From: an uncultured delta proteobacterium
GTDB lineage: Bacteria; Myxococcota_A; Polyangia; Fen-1088
Reading direction: 5' to 3'
NCBI GenBank assembly: GCA_963767925.1
Contig: CAVYGB010000002.1
Coordinates: 1,920,001-1,984,000 of the forward strand
Length of the DNA: 64,000 bases
Below the pieces are notes generated by a model, which had not been told where the DNA came from, did no database searches, and worked only from the letters and a program-made list of their open reading frames with translations. Of this stretch, positions 49,095 through 57,723 are shown one piece after another. Made by a program: the position numbers and the translations under genes. The first letter of the stretch is position 1; each line of letters begins with the position of its first letter.

Positions 49095-51299
49095 TCAGAG
49101 CTGGAAGCTCGTGGTCAGGAAGAAGGTGCGGGGGGCCAGGGGATAGTCGGCCCCGGAGGAGCCGGGCGCCGGTCCGGTGGCGCCGGCGAGGTTCTTGCCG
49201 GTGAGGGCGAGGGACATCTCCGGCCGGCGCAGCCCGAACAGGCGAAAGGGGACGGTGGCCAGCCCGGCCTCGAGCAGCACATAGGGGGGGAGCTGGTAAG
49301 AGAGCCGGTTGATGAGGATGTTGGTGTCGCTGGCCCGGCGGGTGCCGATGTACGAGGCGGCCACCATCGCCCGCACCGGCGAGCGGGGCGGCTGGGCGAC
49401 GAGCCCGGCGTGCACCATGGCCCGGGGGTAGATGCCCCCCGCCGATCCGAGCACCCAGTCCGCGTAGCCGACCTGCCCGGTCCGGCGCACCGTCCGCTGG
49501 GTCTCGAAGCTCAGCCGCGCGCCGAGCAGCGCCCGGTAGCGCAGCTCGAGGATCGACTCCCAGGACAGGGTCTCGGCGCGGGCGACGTTGCGGGCGACCT
49601 TGTTGATCCCCTGCTGCACGAACTCGGCCTTGTCGGACAGGACGTTGTAGGCGGCGCTGCTCGACAGGCTGATGAAGTCGGTCGGCTCCCAGGCGAGCTG
49701 CAGCTCGAGGGTGCGCCCGTATTGCGGGGCCAGCTCGGGGTTGCCGACCACGTCGCCGACCGCCGAGGGCACGGCGTACAGCAGGTTGGGCGAGGGGGCC
49801 TTGAACGAGCTGCCGTAGAGCAGCTTGGCCTGCAGCACCGGCAGCGGGTTCGACACAAGCCCGACCCGCTCGCTGAGCTGGCCGCCGTAGACGTTGTGCC
49901 GGTCGTAGCGCACGCCGCCGGTCACCCCCAGCCACTTCGGCACTGCGCTCCAGATGCCCTGCAGGTAGGCCCCGGTGTTGAGGAAGGTCTTGAGCCCCTG
50001 GCGGATCGAGACCGCCTCGATGATATCCCCCGGCCGGGTCAGCGCGGTCGCCTCCTTGACCACGCCGAGGCGCGAGGGCAAAAGCTCGTCGTCGAGGAAG
50101 GCGCTGGCCCCCGCCACCAGGGAGAGCGGGCGCGGGGTGGGCCAGCGGGGGCTCCAGTCGACCTGGGCTTCGAGTTCGGCCCCCCGGAAGCTGAACTGCG
50201 GGCGCAGGTAATATTGCTCGCTGCCGATCTCCAGGCGGTGATCCTTGCCGGGCCCGCCCCGGAAGACCGACCCCCGCACCGACAGGCGCAGCCCCTCGCT
50301 GAGGCCGGTGGTCCAGGACAGCCCCCCCCGAATCTGCGCCAGGGAGACCCGGTTGCCGGCGAAGACGACGCTGTCGCTCTGGCTGCGCACGAGCTGGATG
50401 ACCGACCCGAACTCCGCCCCCCGCTCGATCGCCGAGAAGTAGCCGAACAGGGCGAGCTCCGAGCCGGGCTCGCGCCGATGGGTGAGGCGGAACAGCACCG
50501 AGGTGGAGGTCTGGTCGAGCGCCCGGGAGGGCCCCCGGTAGCTCGAGGAGGGCGCGCTCGGCGGAGGGCTGAGCGAGAGCCCCGACAGATCCTGCTGGTG
50601 CCGGCGCGCCGCCACCAGGACGTCGACCGCCCCCCGGGCCAGGCCGGCCGACACGTCGACGTCGCCGGCCAGGTGGCGCCCGGCCCGTCCGGCCGCCAGC
50701 GTGACCTCGGCGCCGTTCACGGTCTCGCCCCGGCGGGTGACGATGCTGATGACCCCCAGGAAGGCATCGGCCCCGAACAGCGCCGAGGCCGGCCCCCGCA
50801 CGACCTCGATGTGCTCGACCGCCGACAGCGGGACCAGCTCCGGCCCCAGCCAGTTGCCCCCCGTGGAGTGAAAGGCGACCGAGTGGCCGTCGATCAGCAC
50901 CTTGACGATGCTGCTGTCCGCGTGCAGCCCGCCCGAGGTGCCCCGCACCGCCAGGTTGGGAGAGGTGTGGTCGTCGACCACATAGAAGCCCAGGAGGTGG
51001 CTCAGCACCTCGGCGACCGACTGGTGCCCCCAGATCGCGATCTGCTCGCGCGTGACGGTGGTGATGATGGCTGGCGCGTCCTGCCGCCGGAGCTCGGTCT
51101 TGGTGGCCGCCCAGACCTCCAGGGGGCTGTCGAGCATCGAGGCCAGATCCATCTGCTCGATGTCGCCGCCCGGCTCCTCGGCCCGGGCCAGCGCCGGCCA
51201 GGCCAGGCCGGCCAGCAGCAACGGCGCCAGCCGTCTCCGCCTCCGCGCCGGGCCTCGTTTGCCCACCCCCTGCCGCACGATCCCGCCAATCGAGTCCAT
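49095..51299 (-). CDS. TonB-dependent receptor, paralog of the adjacent one
   Basis: IEVVRGPASALFGADAFLGVI, GVRYD, YGSSFKAPS; start uncertain. Confidence 0.9.
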   Translation of the reverse strand: MDSIGGIVRQGVGKRGPARRRRRLAPLLLAGLAWPALARAEEPGGDIEQMDLASMLDSPLEVWAATKTELRRQDAPAIITTVTREQIAIWGHQSVAEVLSHLLGFYVVDDHTSPNLAVRGTSGGLHADSSIVKVLIDGHSVAFHSTGGNWLGPELVPLSAVEHIEVVRGPASALFGADAFLGVISIVTRRGETVNGAEVTLAAGRAGRHLAGDVDVSAGLARGAVDVLVAARRHQQDLSGLSLSPPPSAPSSSYRGPSRALDQTSTSVLFRLTHRREPGSELALFGYFSAIERGAEFGSVIQLVRSQSDSVVFAGNRVSLAQIRGGLSWTTGLSEGLRLSVRGSVFRGGPGKDHRLEIGSEQYYLRPQFSFRGAELEAQVDWSPRWPTPRPLSLVAGASAFLDDELLPSRLGVVKEATALTRPGDIIEAVSIRQGLKTFLNTGAYLQGIWSAVPKWLGVTGGVRYDRHNVYGGQLSERVGLVSNPLPVLQAKLLYGSSFKAPSPNLLYAVPSAVGDVVGNPELAPQYGRTLELQLAWEPTDFISLSSSAAYNVLSDKAEFVQQGINKVARNVARAETLSWESILELRYRALLGARLSFETQRTVRRTGQVGYADWVLGSAGGIYPRAMVHAGLVAQPPRSPVRAMVAASYIGTRRASDTNILINRLSYQLPPYVLLEAGLATVPFRLFGLRRPEMSLALTGKNLAGATGPAPGSSGADYPLAPRTFFLTTSFQL

Positions 51300-51389
51300 C
51301 AGCGGAACCGGGACGAACCTTGAGGCGCGCGCTCCGCGGTCGGGTGTCACATGTGGGGGTCCGCCGGGCGACGCGCGCGGCGTCCGGGC

Positions 51390-52226
51390 TCAGCGCAGGC
51401 CCAGGCGGCGCCGCAGGTCGCGGGCGGCCTGGCGCGAGACCTCGATGGCCTGTCCGTCGGCGGTGCGGGCCAGGAAGCCGCCGGTCTCGGCCGGCTCGAG
51501 GCGCACCACCTTGGCCAGGTTGAGCAGCGCGCGCCGGTGCACGCGCAGAAAGCCATGGGGCGCCAGCCGGTCGGCCAGCTCGTGCAGCGGCAGGTCGCAC
51601 AGGAACGGGCCGCGGGTCGTGTACACCGTCACCAGGGCGCCGTCGAGCTGGGCGTGGCTGATCTCCTCGGGGGCCAGCAGCACGATGCCCTGCCGGGTCT
51701 CGAGCGGCAGCCGCGGCGGCAGCCCGTCGCTGTTGCGGTCTCCGTTGCGGTCTCCGTTTCGCTCCCCGCTGCGCTCGGCGGCCCGGGCGCCGGGGCGGTG
51801 GCGCTCGGCCTCCCGCAGGAAGCGCTTGCGTTGCTCGGCCTGGCGGGCGCGCTCGAGCGCCTTGCGCAGGCGGGCCACCTCGACCGGCTTGAGCAGGTAG
51901 TCGACCGCCCCCACGTCGAAGGCCGAGACCGCGTGCTCGGCGTGGGCGGTACAGAAGATCACCACCGGGCCGTCGTCGGGCAGCAGCCCCAGCACGTCGA
52001 GGCCCGACAGGCCCGGCATCTGGATGTCGAGCAACATCACGTCCACCCCGCCCGCGCGCACCCGCTCGAGGGCCTCGTCGGCGTCGGCGCACTCGCCGCA
52101 CAGGCGCACGTCCGGCGCCGACTCCAGCAGGCGGATCAGCCGGCGGCGGGCGGTGGCCTCGTCGTCAACGACCAGCACCTGCAGCGGGCGCGGCGACCCG
52201 GCCGCGTCGTCTTCCTCCCGCTTCAC
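51390..52226 (-). CDS. LytR/AlgR family response regulator (REC + LytTR)
   Basis: VVDDE, LDIQMPG, AVDYLLKP, FLRVHRRALLNL, VSR; GTG start overlaps the kinase stop. Confidence 0.92.
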   Translation of the reverse strand: MKREEDDAAGSPRPLQVLVVDDEATARRRLIRLLESAPDVRLCGECADADEALERVRAGGVDVMLLDIQMPGLSGLDVLGLLPDDGPVVIFCTAHAEHAVSAFDVGAVDYLLKPVEVARLRKALERARQAEQRKRFLREAERHRPGARAAERSGERNGDRNGDRNSDGLPPRLPLETRQGIVLLAPEEISHAQLDGALVTVYTTRGPFLCDLPLHELADRLAPHGFLRVHRRALLNLAKVVRLEPAETGGFLARTADGQAIEVSRQAARDLRRRLGLR

Positions 52227-53332
52227 GCCGGCGCCTCCCGCACCGGGCCGCCCAGCGGCAGGGTCAGCTCGGCCACCGTGCGGGCGCCGACCCCTCCGAT
52301 GGTCAGCGTCGCCTCCGCGCCCTGGTCGGGGTAGGCCAGCGCCAGGCGGCGGGCCACCATCCGCAGCCCCTCGCCGCCGGGCCGATGCCCCTGCCAGCGG
52401 CCCCCGTTGTCCAGGGTCACCACCAGCCGGCCGGCGCCCTCGTCGGTGGTCACGGTCATCACGACCGGCCCGCGGTTTCCGGCGGCGGGGCCGTGTTTGA
52501 TGGCGTTCTCCGCCAGCGGCAACAGCAACAGGGGCGGCAGCTCGACCGCCGGCAGGGGGGTGGGCGCGTGCAGCTCCAGCCGGTACAGCTCGGCGTCGCG
52601 CAAGCGGTAGAGGTCGAACAGCGTGCGGATCAGCTCCAGCTCGGCGGCCAGCGGCCAGCTCACCGCCCGCACCCCGGTCAGGATCTCGCGCAACATCGAG
52701 GAGAGCTGCAGCACCGCCCGCTCGGCAATCTCGCCGTCCTGGCGGCACCACTCGGCGATGGCGTTCAGCGTGTTGAAGAGGAAGTGGGGATCCAGGTGGG
52801 CCCGCAGCGCCAGGAGCTGGGCCCGCTCGGCCGCCCGCTCCAGCTCCACCGCGCGCGTCTCCGCCGCCCGCAGCCGGTCGTGAAAGTCGATGTCCCGGGC
52901 CAGCCCCCAGCCGCCCGCCAGGAACAGGGCCAGGCAGACGACCAGGCTGCCCCGCAAGGTGATCAGCGTCGGCTGCATGTCCAGCACCCGCGGGATCACC
53001 GCCCCGATGACCAGCACCACGCCCACGCCGACCGCCGCGTACAGCGACAGCCGGACCGAGAGCTGACCGAGCTGGGGCCCGAACGGGAACAGCACCCGCC
53101 AGGACACCGGCGCCACGAGCACGAACGCCAGGCACATCGCCACCCCCAGCGGCACCGCCAGGGGGTCGCCGCCGAAGCTGGCCTGGGCCGTCACCAGCGC
53201 CGCCGACACGAGGAGCACGGGGGCCAGCCGCTTGGGCTCGAGCAGGGCCCGCCAGGTGCGGCGCAGGATCGAGCCCGCCGGCTCCGGGCTGACCGGCGCC
53301 AGCGCGCCCCGGGCGGCGGGGGGCCCGCTCAC
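52223..53332 (-). CDS. LytS/YehU family membrane histidine kinase
   Basis: LRAHLDPHFLFNTLNAI, LLPLAENAIKHG, DNG; GTGA-coupled to the upstream transferase. Confidence 0.9.
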   Translation of the reverse strand: MSGPPAARGALAPVSPEPAGSILRRTWRALLEPKRLAPVLLVSAALVTAQASFGGDPLAVPLGVAMCLAFVLVAPVSWRVLFPFGPQLGQLSVRLSLYAAVGVGVVLVIGAVIPRVLDMQPTLITLRGSLVVCLALFLAGGWGLARDIDFHDRLRAAETRAVELERAAERAQLLALRAHLDPHFLFNTLNAIAEWCRQDGEIAERAVLQLSSMLREILTGVRAVSWPLAAELELIRTLFDLYRLRDAELYRLELHAPTPLPAVELPPLLLLPLAENAIKHGPAAGNRGPVVMTVTTDEGAGRLVVTLDNGGRWQGHRPGGEGLRMVARRLALAYPDQGAEATLTIGGVGARTVAELTLPLGGPVREAPA

Positions 53333-53907
53333 GCCAGTCCAGGGGGCAGCGGGCGCGTGCCCCGGCGTTTGCCCACCAGGTTGATCCATGCGGTACGCAT
53401 CAGGATGGCCAGGTCCAGCCCCGGCGTCCACCGCTGCGCATAGTGCAGCTCGAGGGCCGACGTGAGCGCGGCACCCCGCGCGCCGCACACCTGCGCCAGC
53501 CCGGTCAGCCCCGGCGGCAGCTCGAGGCGGCGGGCCAGCTCCGGGTGGATGGCCGCCAGCCGCTTGAAGTCGTCAGGGGTCAGCGGGCGCGGGCCCACCA
53601 GGCTCATGTCCCCGGTCAGGACGTCGAGGAGCTGCGGCAGCTCGTCCAGGCCGTGTTGCCGCAGGTGGCGGCCGAGGCCAGTGGGCTTGCGCGCCAGCGG
53701 GTCCGCCTCGGTGGTCATCGAGCGCAGCTTGAAGATGCGAAACCGCCGCCCCCCGCGCCCCAGCCGTTCCTGGGGAAACATCACCGGCCGCCCGTCCACC
53801 AGCAGCACCGTGAGGGCCAGCAATCCGAGCAGGCCTCCCCAGAGCGGGAAGGTGAGGAGCGCCAGCGTCATGTCGATCATCCGTTTCTGAAAGAGGCGAA
53901 GCGGCAT
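53329..53907 (-). CDS. Monotopic phosphoglycosyl transferase (bacterial sugar transferase)
   Basis: KRMID, FKLRSM, LDELPQL, GDMSLVGPRP, PGLTGLAQV. Confidence 0.92.
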   Translation of the reverse strand: MPLRLFQKRMIDMTLALLTFPLWGGLLGLLALTVLLVDGRPVMFPQERLGRGGRRFRIFKLRSMTTEADPLARKPTGLGRHLRQHGLDELPQLLDVLTGDMSLVGPRPLTPDDFKRLAAIHPELARRLELPPGLTGLAQVCGARGAALTSALELHYAQRWTPGLDLAILMRTAWINLVGKRRGTRPLPPGLA

Positions 53908-53952
53908 GCCTTCAAGATGACCGGGGGCGGCCCGGGCACAGGCCCGCACTGG

Positions 53953-54070
53953 CTGGACGGTCGCGAGCCGCCGGTGAACGGCCGCAATCGCACCCGGGCG
54001 GCGGGACGTGCCGGGCCGGACCGTTCGCGGTGGCCGGGCGGACGCTCGCGCCCCCGGCCCGACCGGTCAC
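53953..54070. promoter_or_regulatory. Putative LytTR binding repeats in the divergent promoter
   Basis: Plus strand CCGTTCGC (54021), ACGCTCGC (54042), CCGGTCAC (54063); minus strand CCGTTCAC (53981), CCGTCCAG (53960); 21-bp spacing in both sets. Confidence 0.5.
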
Positions 54071-54135
54071 CGGGATCGCCAGAGCGTACCGCGACGCTCG
54101 CTCGCACCATCGTCGAGAAAGCGAGGACATCCCCG

Positions 54136-55140
54136 ATGCCGCCAGCCGCCGCCCAGCCCACCCAGCCCGACCACGGTCGATCTTCAGACGATCGACTGCC
54201 CAGCAACGATCGATCGCCCGCGAGCCGTCTACCGTCCGCGGACAATAGACTGCCCGCCAACGATCGCTCGTCCGCGAGCCGTCTACCGTCCGCGGACAAT
54301 AGACTGCCCGCCAACGATCGCTCGTCCGCCGGCCCTCGACCGCCGTCCCCCTGGGAGCATCACCGCCAGCACTTCGAGCACAAGCAGAGCCGGCCGCTGC
54401 CCCCGGTGCCGGCCGTGCTTGCGCCTTCACCGCCCGGAGTGGCGGGGGCGTTCGCCCGGGTCCTGGCGCGGTTTCAGCTCGGCGAGGCCGGGGAGGGGCG
54501 GATCGCCCGCGAGATCCACGAGGTTCAGCTCCCCGGCGTCGACGCCGACTACCGGCGCGCGCTTGAGCTGTTCGTGAAGGAGGAGGGGCGGCACGCCCGC
54601 ATCCTGGCCGCCCTTGTGCGCGCGCTGGGTGGCAGCCTGCTGTCCCACCGGGCCAGCAACCACCTGTTCCGCTGGTGCCGGCGCCTCCTGGGCCTGCGCT
54701 TCAAGCTGCTGGTGCTGCTGGTCGCCGAGGTTGTGGGCGGCGAGACCTACGCCGCCCTGGCCCGGGTGGCCCGCTGGCCGGCCGCGCGCGCCGCGCTCGA
54801 GGAGCTGGCCGCCGACGAGCGCCACCACCTCGTCTTCCACACCGCGTTCCTGCGCAGCCAGGCGCGCACGCCGCTGGCCCGCCTGGCCGGCCGCTGCGCC
54901 CTCTGGCTGGTGGGCCTCGGCGCCCTCACGGTCGTGTTGCTGGAGAACCGCCGGGATCTGGGCGTCGTGACCCGGGCCTTCGCCAGCCCCCTCGACCCCG
55001 GTGGCCGCGCAACCACCCCGACCAGCGGCCGCCGCGCCCTCGTCGAGCGCATCGTCACGACCTTGCACCTGGCCGATCGAGCCGCCTTCGGCCGCACCCC
55101 GCCGCAAACCCTGATCCCGGTCCGGGCGGTGCGGACATGA
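54136..55140 (+). CDS. Ferritin-like diiron domain protein with repetitive N-terminus
   Basis: FQLGEAGEG, FVKEEGRHA, LVAEVVG, LAADERHHL: E/ExxH twice; ATGA-coupled to uppS; start uncertain. Confidence 0.8.
   Translation: MPPAAAQPTQPDHGRSSDDRLPSNDRSPASRLPSADNRLPANDRSSASRLPSADNRLPANDRSSAGPRPPSPWEHHRQHFEHKQSRPLPPVPAVLAPSPPGVAGAFARVLARFQLGEAGEGRIAREIHEVQLPGVDADYRRALELFVKEEGRHARILAALVRALGGSLLSHRASNHLFRWCRRLLGLRFKLLVLLVAEVVGGETYAALARVARWPAARAALEELAADERHHLVFHTAFLRSQARTPLARLAGRCALWLVGLGALTVVLLENRRDLGVVTRAFASPLDPGGRATTPTSGRRALVERIVTTLHLADRAAFGRTPPQTLIPVRAVRT
54194..54329 (+). repeat. 54-bp tandem repeat, about 2.5 copies
   Basis: Units start at 54194, 54248, 54302 and encode RLP(S/A)NDRS(P/S)ASRLPSADN. 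Confidence 0.85.
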
Positions 55141-55850
55141 ACCCCGCCTGCCACGTGGCCATCATCATGGACGGCAACGGCCGCTGGGCCGAACGCCGCG
55201 GCCTGCCCCGCCTGTATGGCCACGAGCGGGGCGCCGACGCCGTCCGGCGCACCGTCACCGCCGCCCGCAAGCTCGGCCTGGAGGCGCTGACCCTCTACGC
55301 CTTCTCGGAGCAGAACTGGGGCCGCCCCCCCGGCGAGGTCAAGCACCTCATGTCCCTCATGCGCGCCTACCTGCGCCGCGAGCGCGGGGAGCTGCAGAAA
55401 AACGGCGTACGCCTCCGCCTCATCGGCGACCGCACCCGCCTGCCCCCCGAGGTCCGCAGCGAGCTCGACGCCACCGAGGCCGCCACCGCCAGCAACACCG
55501 CCCTCCTCCTCTCCCTCGCCGTCTCCTACGGCGCCCGCGAGGACCTCGTGCAAGCCGCCCGCACCCTGGCCCTCGCCGTCCGGGCCGGCCACCTGCCCCC
55601 CGAGTCCATCGACGAGGCCTCCGTCGCCGCCGCCCTCACCACCCACGGCCTCCCCCCCGTCGACCTCGTCATCCGCACCTCCGGCGAACAGCGCCTCTCG
55701 AACTTCCTCCTCTGGGAGGCGGCCTACGCCGAGCTCTATTTCACCCCCACCCTCTGGCCCGACTTCGGCGAAGACCCCCTCCGCGCCGCCCTCGACGCCT
55801 ACACCCACCGCCAGCGCCGCTTCGGCCTCGTCGCCGAACAGGTGGGTTGA
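55137..55850 (+). CDS. uppS: Polyprenyl (undecaprenyl) diphosphate synthase
   Basis: HVAIIMDGNGRWA, YAFSEQNW, SYGARE, IRTSGEQRLSNFLLW, LWPDF, RRFG. Confidence 0.95.
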   Translation: MNPACHVAIIMDGNGRWAERRGLPRLYGHERGADAVRRTVTAARKLGLEALTLYAFSEQNWGRPPGEVKHLMSLMRAYLRRERGELQKNGVRLRLIGDRTRLPPEVRSELDATEAATASNTALLLSLAVSYGAREDLVQAARTLALAVRAGHLPPESIDEASVAAALTTHGLPPVDLVIRTSGEQRLSNFLLWEAAYAELYFTPTLWPDFGEDPLRAALDAYTHRQRRFGLVAEQVG

Positions 55851-55865
55851 GCACAGCCCGCTGGT

Positions 55866-56549
55866 CTACCGGGAGCTGGCGCAGCGGAAGCCCTGGCGGG
55901 ACCAGGTGCCGCCGGGGAAGCGGTGGCGGAGGGTGGTCGTGTCGTTGGGGCTGACCCAGACGTCGGAGCCCATGTAGATGCGCCCCTCGACCCATTCCTT
56001 GGCATTGCCGTAGAGGTCGCAGGCGCCTTCCTGGCTGTTGCCGGCGGGGCGGCTGCAGACGGGGGCCGACCAGTCTGCGGCCGCCAGACATTGCTTGATG
56101 GCGGCGCGCTCGCAGCTCGGGGGCGCGTCGCCCCAGGGGAAGCGGCGGGAGGTGGTACCGAGGGCGGCGCGCGTCCACTCGGCCTCGGTGGGGAGGCGCT
56201 TGCCGGCCCAGCTGCAGTAGGCGATGGCCTGGTCGTACTTGACGGCGGTGATGGGCCGGTCTTCCTGGCGGCGGCGGTATTCGTGGCCGGGGCAGCGGGC
56301 GGCGCACGTGGGGCGGTCGGGGGGCTTGCACGCGCCGGCCTCGACGCAGCGGCGGTATTGACCGACCGTGACCTCGCCCTTGTCGAGGCGGTAGGCGGTC
56401 ACGCACACCTTGCGATCCTCCACCGTGATGCAACCCGCGGGGATGTCGACCATGACCGCCGCATCCCGGTCCGGTTCAGCAGCGGCTGCGCCCGTGCGCA
56501 GCGCAAGCACGACGAGCAAGACACGTGCGGGCATCCCGGTTTCCCTCAT
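55866..56549 (-). CDS. Secreted FGE-sulfatase (SUMF1/EgtB-like) domain protein
   Basis: EVTVGQY..CV, AYCSWAGKRLPTEAEW, FPWG, DLYGNAKEWV, GFRCA. Confidence 0.88.
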   Translation of the reverse strand: MRETGMPARVLLVVLALRTGAAAAEPDRDAAVMVDIPAGCITVEDRKVCVTAYRLDKGEVTVGQYRRCVEAGACKPPDRPTCAARCPGHEYRRRQEDRPITAVKYDQAIAYCSWAGKRLPTEAEWTRAALGTTSRRFPWGDAPPSCERAAIKQCLAAADWSAPVCSRPAGNSQEGACDLYGNAKEWVEGRIYMGSDVWVSPNDTTTLRHRFPGGTWSRQGFRCASSR

Positions 56550-56552
56550 CCG

Positions 56553-56630
56553 TCACTCATGGACGCAGGGCATTCCTGCCTCCCTCTTCATCTGTCACCC
56601 ATGGACTCACTCCTGGACTCACTCATGGAC
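56553..56630. repeat. 12-bp repeats of the neighbouring gene's 3' end (three tandem plus one displaced)
   Basis: TCACYC(A/C)TGGAC at 56553, 56595, 56607, 56619. Confidence 0.7.
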
Positions 56631-57659
56631 GCGGAAACCGTCGCGTCTGTTCCAGGTGGAGACGCTGGCGTACCTGGGGTCCACCCGGCTGGGGTCGTCG
56701 CCGTCGGTGAGGCTCTCCCAGGTGGCGAGCTGGCGGGGGGCGCCACCTTCGGCCTTGGGAGAGAAGCCGTCGTAGGCCCAAACACTGTCGAGGTTGGGGA
56801 ACCAGCTCCGGTATTTGGTGATGTCGTCTTCGCCGCCGCAGTTGCACGCCGATACCGCCAGGTGCTCGATCTTGCCGGCGCCCCCGGGGAAGATCGCCGC
56901 CACCTCGCCGACGGTGTCGAGCACGATCTCGTTTTCGCTCGGCGAGCTCGTGTCGCCGCCCCAGAGGGTGCCGCCGCTCTGGTGGCCCGAGAGCACGAGG
57001 CGGCTGGCGGGGACCGCGCCGGTGCCGACCTGCCAGAGGCTCACGCCCAGCAGGGCGACCTCGTCGCGGGCCTCCTCGACCTGGCGGCCGACCACCCGCA
57101 GCAGGGCGTCGGCCTGGGCGGCGGGCATGCCCTCGCGCACCAGGGCGCCCCGGAAGCTGGTCCGGCCGGACGCGGTCGCCAGGTCGTGGGTCGCGCCGCC
57201 GAACGCCACCCCGCCGTCGTAGTCGCCGGCGATCCGGTGGACGCCGCCACTGGTTGCCGGGTTGGCCGTGGCCAGTCGGTCCGCCTCCCGATACGACTCC
57301 GGCCGCATGCCGAGGTGGATGATACCGCGGGTCTGCGCCCCCAGTCGGTGGCGATTGGCCTCGTCCTTCAGCTCGTCGAACAGCGCGCCGGCCTTGGTCT
57401 CGGCCCCGGCGGCGTCGAACGCCCGAAAAGTTCCGGCGTTTCCGTCGGTGTCGAAGCCATCGACCAGCTTGAACAGCTTGCCCCACTCCGCGTCGCCCTT
57501 GATCTGCCCGTCCCCTCCCGCCACCCGGCGGAGGTCGCCGGCGTCGAGGCCGGCGGCGGTCAGGGCCCGCGTCATCTCGGGGGACAGGTCGTTGACGTTT
57601 ATCGCGCCGCCGTCCCGACCCAGGTCACCCGCGAACCCCCGCTTGCTGATGCTCGTCAT
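56619..57659 (-). CDS. Hypothetical protein with caspase/CHAT-like His-Cys motifs
   Basis: RLVLSGH and HLAVSACN 46 aa apart; N-terminal D/G-rich loops (DGFDTDGN). Confidence 0.6.
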   Translation of the reverse strand: MTSISKRGFAGDLGRDGGAINVNDLSPEMTRALTAAGLDAGDLRRVAGGDGQIKGDAEWGKLFKLVDGFDTDGNAGTFRAFDAAGAETKAGALFDELKDEANRHRLGAQTRGIIHLGMRPESYREADRLATANPATSGGVHRIAGDYDGGVAFGGATHDLATASGRTSFRGALVREGMPAAQADALLRVVGRQVEEARDEVALLGVSLWQVGTGAVPASRLVLSGHQSGGTLWGGDTSSPSENEIVLDTVGEVAAIFPGGAGKIEHLAVSACNCGGEDDITKYRSWFPNLDSVWAYDGFSPKAEGGAPRQLATWESLTDGDDPSRVDPRYASVSTWNRRDGFRVHE

Positions 57660-57723
57660 GAGTCGGTATCGGCTCCCCGGTGGTCGAGTTGCGTCTGTCG
57701 GGGTCTCGGCTGAAACTGGGGGG

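Noticed and set aside
46561..52101. 1846-aa and 1370-aa ORFs overlapping the TonB receptors
   Set aside because: Arg/Gly/Pro-rich shadow frames typical of high-GC DNA, with no motifs; other frames carry clear receptor genes
55866..56549. Diversity-generating retroelement target (FGE/CLec fold)
   Set aside because: No reverse transcriptase and no template repeat matching the 3' end within the window
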